Of a DNA stretch of 64,000 bases, positions 53,463 to 64,000 are shown in pieces (the stretch's first letter is position 1; every line of letters begins with the position of its first letter). Source of the stretch: Pseudovirgaria hyperparasitica (lineage: Eukaryota); the NCBI GenBank assembly GCA_010093815.1, contig ML996569.1, one strand, 5' to 3'. The translations under genes were made by a program, and so were the position numbers. The notes under the pieces were generated by a model. That model made no database searches. It was not told where the DNA came from and was given only the letters and a program-made list of their open reading frames with translations.

Positions 53463-54095
53463 TCAGTGCATCGATGGGCATCTAGCCTGAAGTGCCTTCC
53501 GTGCAGTCTCATACATCTCGACACCCTCAGGGAGGAGCCTGACCATCTTGTTGCCGGCACGAAGATGGCCGCCCAACTCCTGCTCCTCAACCTGGTAGGC
53601 ATGCTTGAGATCGACGTATGAGACCTTGCTCAATTCACCGAAATTGCCGTCCATCCTGATGGGCAGAGGGACAGTGCCGTTGTGGCTCGGCCTGCACCCG
53701 TTTTCGACCATCAGGAAGTCCGAATACTGGGACGACCTTGGGCCCAAGCCCCGGAACGACGTGACTGGTGCGAACTCGACGATACCGGAGTTGCAGCAGT
53801 AATCTGTCACGACGCCCGGGTGCTCCAGGGCTCCCAGATTGCGCTCGCAGAGCAGTCTCTGATAGAGCAGACTGCTGGATGGGAGCGAGGGCACCCAGAT
53901 GAAGTCTCCCTTCTGGTATCCAGTACCAGGAGGGGACTTTGGTAGTGATGGTGATGGTGATGGTGATGGCGATGGTGATGGTGATGGTGATGGAGATGGT
54001 GGTGCTGATAGACAGAGGGCCGAATCCCTTTTAAGCCCGGCGTTGGGGCATGGCTGACGTCGCTGAGGTGGGACGTACTTGCCGGGAGACGACAT
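53463..54095 (-). CDS. Hypothetical protein B with a PemK/MazF-like domain
   Basis: MSSPGKYVPPQRR, (SP)n linker, then YQKGDFIWVP..LEHPGVVTD..VEFAPVTSF..KVSYVDLKHAYQV..VRLLPEGV. Confidence 0.65.
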   Translation of the reverse strand: MSSPGKYVPPQRRQPCPNAGLKRDSALCLSAPPSPSPSPSPSPSPSPSPSLPKSPPGTGYQKGDFIWVPSLPSSSLLYQRLLCERNLGALEHPGVVTDYCCNSGIVEFAPVTSFRGLGPRSSQYSDFLMVENGCRPSHNGTVPLPIRMDGNFGELSKVSYVDLKHAYQVEEQELGGHLRAGNKMVRLLPEGVEMYETARKALQARCPSMH

Positions 54096-54376
54096 CTCTA
54101 CTCGATCAACACATCTAAACACAGTCAGGATGCCGTAACTGGGCGGTGGGAGCCAGCTTCATTTCACGATGATGCAGGCGAGGAAGACTCACGATAAGCC
54201 CCGATGGCTATCAGGGATTTGGTTGTTATACAAGACTCCAATGGTTGATGATAGTGTTGTATGAGCAGCTTTGCTTGTTTCGGTGTGTATGAAAAGATGA
54301 GATGGTTTGATGGGAAGAAGCAGGATACAAGACGGAATAGCTGGCATTTATAACAAGGTGGGCAGCCGGATGTGAC

Positions 54377-54530
54377 TGCTCTCATGTTCAGAGCGCAGTT
54401 TCCTGCTCGAACATTGAGGCATTTGCTCTCCTGTTCAGAGCGCAGTTTACTCTCTCGAGCATTGGGTGGGTCTTCAGAAAGCCCATCGCTACCAGGCAAA
54501 TGGGGGCAGGCGCCCTGATGTTCAGAGCGC
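54377..54530. repeat. 47-bp-period direct repeat plus a third core copy
   Basis: tgttcagagcgc at 54385, 54432, 54519; first two extend as tgctctc.tgttcagagcgcagttt..ctcga.cattg. Confidence 0.8.
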
Positions 54531-55755
54531 CATAGTTCAGTCTTCAAGAAGTCCATGCCTACCACACAAAAGCGTTGCAAACTACTAAGGAACCCCCCCA
54601 GATCAGGGCGCAACAACTCTGAAGATTAGCTGTTTGCCGTTAATCAACATCTGAACGGGCACGACAACCAGCAGAGAACTGTCGTATCCGTCATGCGCCG
54701 AAGTCAGTCTCTAATGAATGAGAGTCATCGATATGTTCGGCAGCGTTCGCATCCCTGACCCCTGACTACTACCCCAGATTTCAGACCCGACATGCGGGCC
54801 CATCCGGTCTACTACGCTTAGCAGCTCAGGGACCAACCAACCAATTATGCAGGGTCACCTTTCTTGCTTCTACCTTGTGCATCGATCGAATTCTATAAGA
54901 GAGACATGGAATCAAATACTATGACATAGCGAGCAGATCAACCACTATGCGATCGGGTGTGTTATGATCCAGCGAGGCTATTTTGATATAAAACCCAACA
55001 TATCCAAAATCTTACCTAGCGTCACCAGAATGACGGATCTGCATTAGCAATCTCATAGTCAGCAGTTTTCGAGCGTGTAGAAAACAACTGGAATGGGCAT
55101 GGTTACGTGACTGACTGTGGTGACAGGAATTTCTTGGTCCCGGCCACATCCGGAGAACCAACATTCCCGCATTCAGGACACACTTTCTCCCACTGCTCGT
55201 CACATTCACGATGGAAAATAGCAAAAGGAAAGGGGTAGGGTCCCGCAGAGACTGGCTTCCTTACTAGGGAACGATCATGTAATTAGGTTGGTAGCTGGCG
55301 CATCTGCACAGAGCCTATGCAACACGCAGCGTCCGAGAGTGCGCAACCTAGCACAAGGAAACGGAAATTATCAACACCTAGAATATGATCCACAGCTATC
55401 TTAGTCGTAAAACAATACTTCTACAGCTCGAGTATACAAGTCAACTGTTGGATGATCGTTCCCGTGAATCTACAAACCGCAAGTTCTACACTGTGTTTAC
55501 TTCTGTAATGATCGATCCCCCAATCCTGTTCCGTGCTACTTCCCTCGTTGCAATACTTGATATATACCGCATATCTGGAAGTAGATCTATCAGGGAGATA
55601 TCGGCCAGGTACTCTCTGCCATGACTACAATTGACATGCGGATTGCAATTGCTTTGAAAGACAACCTACAAGCTCCAGAGCAAGCCTGATGACTTTACTC
55701 AAGAACAAGGACATGTCAATTCCTAGTCCGCCCCCACAGGCATCTCTGCATCCTT

Positions 55756-56534
55756 CTAACGCTCCGTCGTGTTCGGCATATACACGCTGAACTCCATCCC
55801 GCCATGATACGGCAATGTCACACTCTCAAACGGACCCTCGGGACCTCTCAAGAACCCCAGCAAATCCGAATACCCCTCTGCCGCATGGACGACATTATCC
55901 GTCACAACAACCGCGCCATAGTTCAGCTGCGGCAGCAGCAGCTCGAGCGCAGGCATAGCAAGATACGGCCAGACTAGCAGACCCGTCAACCCTCCCACCC
56001 AGTCACCCACCAGGAAAACTCACTATCAAGAAGCACAAAATCCACGTTTCCAATCCCGTCCCTCAGCGTCTCCTGCAAGTCGCCGACTCTCAGGTCAATC
56101 ACGTCGTCCACGCCCGCGGCTTTCCAGTTCCGGCGTGCGGCTTCGGCTTTGCTGCTTTCTTTCTCTGTCGCTATGACTTTTGGGCGCACGGGATGCACCG
56201 GCTTGGCGTGTCCGCATTCGATGGCGGCGAGCGCGAGATAGATTGTGCTTACGCCGAAGGAGGTTCCGACTTCGACGATCCGACGGGCCCCGCGGGCGAG
56301 GATGAGGTTGTAGATGGCGAGGGCTTTGTCGTTGTCTATAGCGACGAGTTTGTCACGCATGGACGCATCTACGGTTTCGATGGCGGATGGGGTGTGGAGC
56401 GTGGATGTGTCGCGGGCTAACGTGAATGCGTCTGCGTCGAAGTTGGCTTCCTGGGCTGTTGAGGCGGCGTGGAGATTATCTAGTAAGTCGCGGACCGTCG
56501 GGGAGAAGGACTTTGGGTACTTCAGTCGAGACAT
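55756..56534 (-). CDS. Class I O-methyltransferase (catechol/caffeoyl-CoA OMT-like)
   Basis: ARRIVEVGTSFGVSTIYLA, IDLRVGDL, VDFVLLD/IW, GAVVVTDN; intron 55974-56023. Confidence 0.9.
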
Positions 56535-57098
56535 TGTTTTAGACTGCAGCTTGTAGTCGGCGTAGATCTAGAAACTGTTGGCCGTTTAAGTATTTACGGT
56601 TTGTACGGCGGCTGGTGGCTTGTTGGCCGATTCCGCTCACGTGTACCGCAGATCCGGATCCGGCACGTTCGGCGCGTCCCCCCTGTTCATCTTCACTACC
56701 GTCTATTTATTGCACCAGATGCGTTTCTTTTTCCAATTCATCTGGAGCACATTGATCCTCCATCCTCCATCCGACGTCATTCAGGAACACGAAGCCAGCC
56801 AGACCAAAGCGCTCAGTCATCCTCGGAATCGTCGCTCTTCGGGTTTTGACGATCTCACTTCACCCAGCCGCTTTACCGCATTAGGCTGGACGGCGCGAGC
56901 CAGTGATTGGCCAAGAATGCAACACCACAACCTCTGCTGAATCATGGCCCGAGCCCGAGCCGAGTCTTTAATCAGCATGGGCGATGATAACGCGGAATAT
57001 GATCGCAAAAACACTGCTATGAAGATGTCTGCGCTTGTCGAGCAGAAACCCTCCCGTCTCAAATCACACCATATACCCCGAGAACTATCATATACACA

Positions 57099-58458
57099 AT
57101 GCCAACCTTCACAATCATCATCGTCGGCGCAGGACTCGCAGGACTCTGTAGCGCGATCGGACTGCTCAAACAGGGCCACAAAGTCATCATTCTCGAACGT
57201 GCTCACAAGCTCTCACCAGCAGGAGCCGGCATTCATGTCCCGCCCAACGCCACTCTGGTGCTCGAACGATGGGGCATCCTGGAGAGATTCCGGCACGTAG
57301 CCATTGTGCCAGCCAGCTTCACGTTCAGGCGGTACGACGACGGACGATTGCTCGGCAGGACGGCGCCGGAGGGAAGCGAGACCGCCTCGAGAACACCGTA
57401 GGAGACTCTCCTTGAACGCAACACCGCAGTCGACCATGCTAACCAGCACAGATACTGGTCCATGAAGCGCGCAGACTACCAGTCAATCCTCCACGACATA
57501 GCCACCGAGCTGGGCTGCGACCTCCGCCTCAATCAACACATCGTCTCCGTCAACGAAGACGAGCCCTCCGTCACGACATCCACCGGAGAACTCATCAAAG
57601 GCGACCTCATCATCGCCACAGACGGTAACATACATACATACCCCTTCCCTCCCTACACCACCCCCTACTAACATTCCCAGGCATGAAATCCCACCTCCGC
57701 ACCCTCATCCTCCCAAACAACAACACATCCCCAACCACCCACCCGCAAACCACCTACCGCGCCTGGGCCCCTATATCCACCCTAACCACCAACCCCNNNN
57801 NNNNNNNNNNNNNNNNNNNNNNNNNNNNNNNNNNNNCCACATAATCACCTACCCCACCGCAAACAACACCATCCTCTCCATCAACGCCACATACCCCTCC
57901 TCCGAAACCCCCCCAACCACCACAGATATCACCCCCCCCTTCTCAACCTTCCACCCCACAATAAAAACCCTCCTCACCCACGCCCGCGACCCGCAATCCC
58001 ACCCCCTCGCCCAAATCCCCCCTCTCCCGCGCTGGACCTCCGCATCCGGCAAAATCGTCCTCGCGGGTGATGCCGCGCACGGCATGCTCCAGTTTCTCGC
58101 CCAGGGGGCGGCCATGGCGACGGAGGATGCGGCGGCGCTGGCGGAGTGTGTGGGGCGTGTTCGAGAGGCGGGGGAGTTGCCGGCTGCGATGCGGGTGTAT
58201 GAGGTGGCGCGGAAGGGGAGGTGTGAGCGGGTGCAGGCTGCTGCTAGGAGGAGTGGGGAGTGGGTTATGATGGGGGATGGGGTGGGGCAGGAGGTTAGGG
58301 ATCGGGGGATTGCGGGGGAGGAGGTGGGTGAGGTTGGGGGTGAGGGGGAGAATGGGGTTCTGGGTCCGTTGCTGGATAGGGGGTTTCGGGAGTGGTTGTA
58401 TTGGCATGATGTGTTTGGGTGTGTTAATGGGTTGCTTGATGGGCGGGTTGGGGGGTGA
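57099..58458 (+). CDS. FAD-dependent monooxygenase (salicylate hydroxylase-like); spans an assembly gap
   Basis: IIIVGAGLAGL (GxGxxG), GAGIHVPPNA, RADYQ, DLIIATDG, LAGDAAHGMLQFLAQGAAMATEDA; at least two introns. Confidence 0.9.
57797..57836. other. Assembly gap (40 N)
   Basis: Run of N. Confidence 1.
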
Positions 58459-58667
58459 TGTCTGGGTCTGTGGGCTTGTGGGCTTGTTCAGGGGTTGTTG
58501 GAGGTGCGGGAAAGTTGGTGCGTAACGAGGCGGTATTCGGTGCTGGAGGAGCGTGTGTAGGTTGTGTAGATGTAACGAGTACCCGATGCGCAAGACTCCT
58601 ATTATCATAAGTCATAGCTTCTATTCAGTATATAAACCCCAAAACGTACTCAACAAAAACCCCCAAC

Positions 58668-60253
<1,586 letters not shown>

Positions 60254-61234
60254 GATGAGGTGGTGTAGTGGTAGTGGAAGTGGTGGTAATAGTAGTAGTA
60301 GCAGTCAAGAGGTGAAGGAACAAAGAAGCCGACAAACGAGGAGGGAAACGGGCATGATATATGTCCCTCGGACGGTACCCATCAATCCAGATCCAGACCC
60401 TTCAACGTCACTTTCGACAGGTCGAGACGAACCAACAAAACCTAGTAGGCTCTCTCTCTCATCCGCGGGGCATATCGGGTGGAGTTATAGCAGCGGACCG
60501 ATGTAGGAGCATCAACACGATCTGCTTCATGGCACTACTCTTCTGCTGGTGCACACACACTCGCAGCGGTATGCTAGAGATGAAGTGAATAGATAAGGGC
60601 AACAAACACACATGATTGGCTGCTCACCCTTTTCGCGGAACCGAAGATGGATAATTGTAAAGCGTCATCGGGTGGGGAGAAGTAAGGCGATTTAGTCATC
60701 GACACCTCAGGCCGCGATGTTGTTGGAGTGGTTGGGAGTGCACGACAGCCCAACAAGCCAGTGGGTGATGATGATGGCTGGAATTGGTTTGCAGAAAGAA
60801 GGTCGGGTATATTTCAGTACAGGTCAGGTATATTTCAGCCGGCAAGAGTCTTGGTGGGTTCGTGTGGGGTTCAACAGCTTCAACACTGGAACTGGGCGGC
60901 GCCACCAATTGCTGCATAATTATCCATAATCCCACCCTGCATCTGGGTTGATGATACAGTATATATTCATTAATCACTAGATGGGATGCACAAACAGATG
61001 AGAATTGTGGCTTGGAAAAAGAACTGAAGAAGGATCAAGCACACGACTCGATCCACTACTTGACGCCCTGCTTCTGCGCACTAACTTGCCTACCGACCAC
61101 CATCCCACGCTCTCTTCGTATCGTTGCTGACGTCCGGCATCGCTATCAGACTTTTCGCTGCTTATGTCCATCCTCTACGGAGGTATATAGTATATACTTC
61201 ATTATTCAATACCACAACACCATTGACTCGTCCT

Positions 61235-62468
61235 TCACTCGGCGTCGGTGGGATCCCAGTCTGTTTCATCTCGTTAATTGCCATTTATCCCCACTCTCGT
61301 CGTCGTCGCCACCACCTCACGCCCTGGCTCGACTTATCCCCGACTCACCTGTGACTAGGTATTCATCCAACCCGTCCAGGACTGCCATGTCCTCGTCCGT
61401 AATCTGGAATCCTCCCACCTCACTATTCTCCATGATCCGCGCCTTCTTGACGCTCTTCGGAAGAGGCACGTAGCCGTGTTGCACGCTCCACCGGACGAGC
61501 AGTTGCGCAGGCGTGCATGCGTACTTTGACGAGAGCGACACTACCGTCGGATGCTTCATCCTCATTGCGCGCACGAGCGGCGCATATGCCTCCACCAGGA
61601 TGTTGTTGTCCTGGCAGAACGACGCAATGTCTGATCTGTTGTTGAATGGGTGGATTTCAATCTGGTTGACGGCAGGCATGGTGCGTGGTTTGGCGGCCAT
61701 CAACTCCTGAAGCTGGCGGGTTTGTGAGCGTTTGTGCTTGCGGGCAAAACCGCAGTGTACGCTTCAGGCCATCTCACATGCTTCACCCCGTAGTTGCTCA
61801 CCCCTCCAATCCGAATATCGCCCTCGTCCACGGCATCTTCGACTGCACGCCAGCTATCCAGCCTGGCCTTCCTGCCGCCATACGGACTGTGAAGCAGAAA
61901 CAGGTCAATATAGCCTAATCCGCAAGTCTTGACAGATTGCTTGATAGACCTGCGCACCGCTTCATACGAGGAATTAGAGGCCAGCTTCGACGTGAAATGT
62001 ATATCTTCACGCGTCAGGCCGTCCTTGTTGCCCTCGCTGGCCAAGAACTCGGTAATCGCTTGAGCTGCCTCGCGCTCGTTGTGGTACATCTGAGCCGAGT
62101 CGATTCTAGAAGACCAGGGGGGGTTGTCTCGTCAATGGTTACACCTCTCTGCGAGCACCACAGCTTGGCTCAAACCTACCCTCGATACCCCGCCTGTTCT
62201 GTCAGTCAGAAAGAGAGATACACACACGGACCACAATCTTTTTGCATGCATAATATAATAGCAAGAGTGACAGACCTCCAGAGCCCACCTGACAGCCCTC
62301 ACCGTCTCATTGCCTGACGTGAGATAGACGCCAAGCTGGATCTGAGGCATGCTCAGGCCATTTGACAACTCGGCCAGTCAGCCGGAAACTCTCCGTTCAA
62401 AAGGGAGTTCTTGCAGTGGCGAGGCTCACCGTGACACGACTAGCTAGCGAGATGGATTGCGCGGCCAT
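61235..62468 (-). CDS. Aldo/keto reductase (multi-exon)
   Basis: [58 protein letters not shown]; last exon DWDPTDAE*. Confidence 0.93.
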
Positions 62469-62764
62469 GGCTGGTGGTGGTAATGAGATAGATGTTGGGT
62501 AATAGACAAATGCTTTTTTATTTATTTATTCTGATTAGCGGAAGATGATGGCGGCGACTGAAGGAAGAACCCCGCTGGCCTTGTAAAGGATGCGAGACTG
62601 TCAGACGATGATGATGAAAGATGTATATGACACGGGACGGCGAATCTCATGATATGACGTCGTATTGCGTGTTGACGGTGTGTCTAAAGGTTGTCCAGGG
62701 TGTCGCCTCATGCAGTGGATGCTGCTGATCTGCTCTCGCGGTCCCGGGAGAGTGGGTAGCGGAT

Positions 62765-62793
62765 GCGGTAAGGCGGTAAGGCGGTAAGGCGGC
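62765..62793. repeat. (GCGGTAAG)n octamer repeat upstream of the AKR gene
   Basis: gcggtaaggcggtaaggcggtaaggcggc. Confidence 0.8.
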
Positions 62794-64000
62794 AAAGCAA
62801 GCGGTAGGTAAATGTAGGTACAGTACATGCTGTAAGTAGCCCATAGCTTCTCTGCAGGGCCACGCAGGGTTTATACTGATTAATTACAGTGTCACTTTTC
62901 TTTGCAACTCGTGGGATTCTCATCCTGGAACGAGGTGAGATGAGATGTTGCTTTGCTTTCTTGCCCTGCTCTGGTTGCGCAATCGATACACACATACACA
63001 TACATACACATACGTACACGTTACTCGACTCAGCTGCGATGGGATGGCGACGTCTTGGCTGACTGGAGGCGAGAGCTGAGCAGGAAGCATAGAAGCTGAG
63101 GTGACGTCCTCATATCCCTTTCACAAGCGTGCATACAGAGATCTCCGTGAGGCTGCAAAGGAAGGCGAAACGGAGCGTGCCCGTACGAACGAAAGAAAAA
63201 AAGCCCTTACACAACTGACGTGCGGCTCTACAATATGCAAACCTTCGGGCAAAAGCATCTGATGAATGGGGTGGTGGATGATGACTTCAATTTCTGATCA
63301 CTCATCATTTTCACCTGGACATGCCAATCATGCATTGCCTGGACGCGGCAAGGTCCAAAATGCTGGTAATAATAATGGCGGGTGAATAGACAGCTTCAGG
63401 CAGAGCGAAGATCCCCTATTTCGGCTACCCCGGTGGGACCTTTTACGCCTCACGCACGCCCGTCGACCACCTTGAAGATCTGCGCATCCGTCCGTCCTAT
63501 CCATTCATGCGTCCATTCATGCGTCTATCCATACCACAGGGCTTCTCTCCTCACATCATCATCATTATCATCAGCAAATCACAGGCAATATCCCGTGTTG
63601 TTGCCCTGTCAGTCCGTGGCGACTACAGTACACGCCCGTAGCTGTGCTTTGATCATTGACTCTGATGATGACGACGACGACGATGATTGATGCTGGTCAT
63701 GAATGAATGAATGAACAACCGCCTCGTTCTCGCCATCGTCCAACCATCTCTTCAGCTTATCGCTGCTGCAACAGTTTCAATATTGCAAGGCGATATTGCG
63801 CACGCACCGACTTGACGACTACAGTGCAACATCAAACACCTACAGTCTCGACATGAATCATCTGCTTGATTAAGCATACAATAATTAGATTGGTCTATTG
63901 AGCGCAAGCCACTTCGCCTTGAAATTTAACCTGTACCTTAACCCTGGAGTGGGGCCAGGGCGGGAAAAGACTGGCGTGGGTGTCCCAGGTCCTTTGTTTG

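Noticed and set aside
63382..63690. ORF ending in poly-Asp
   Set aside because: GTG start; the tail comes from a GAY microsatellite; probably non-coding

Overview
Eukaryotic DNA from a filamentous ascomycete (Pezizomycotina; class not determinable here), judged by short GT-AG introns with CTRAC branch points. Housekeeping blocks: RPP1, SOG2, RUS1/DUF647 and an RGS gene (0-9 kb); COX18 (15-16 kb); GCD7, NEM1, ALG14, MRPL40, IMA1, RPS23, MRPL9 and a Zn2Cys6-acetyltransferase (27-43 kb); O-methyltransferase, FAD monooxygenase, GDH1 and an aldo-keto reductase (55.7-62.5 kb). Gene-poor or accessory stretches lie between them. The most unusual feature is at 50.4-54.6 kb: two tandem, co-oriented, highly diverged genes whose products carry the motif order of PemK/MazF-type endoribonuclease toxins. 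One has an intron; the other has a YVPPxRR motif, an abutting in-frame downstream ORF and flanking direct repeats. Also notable: recurrent ~1 kb C/A-rich to G/T-rich skew-switch domains, a probable GC-AG intron, a 22-nt micro-exon and several stop-interrupted ORFs. All family calls come from motif recognition by eye; no searches were run.
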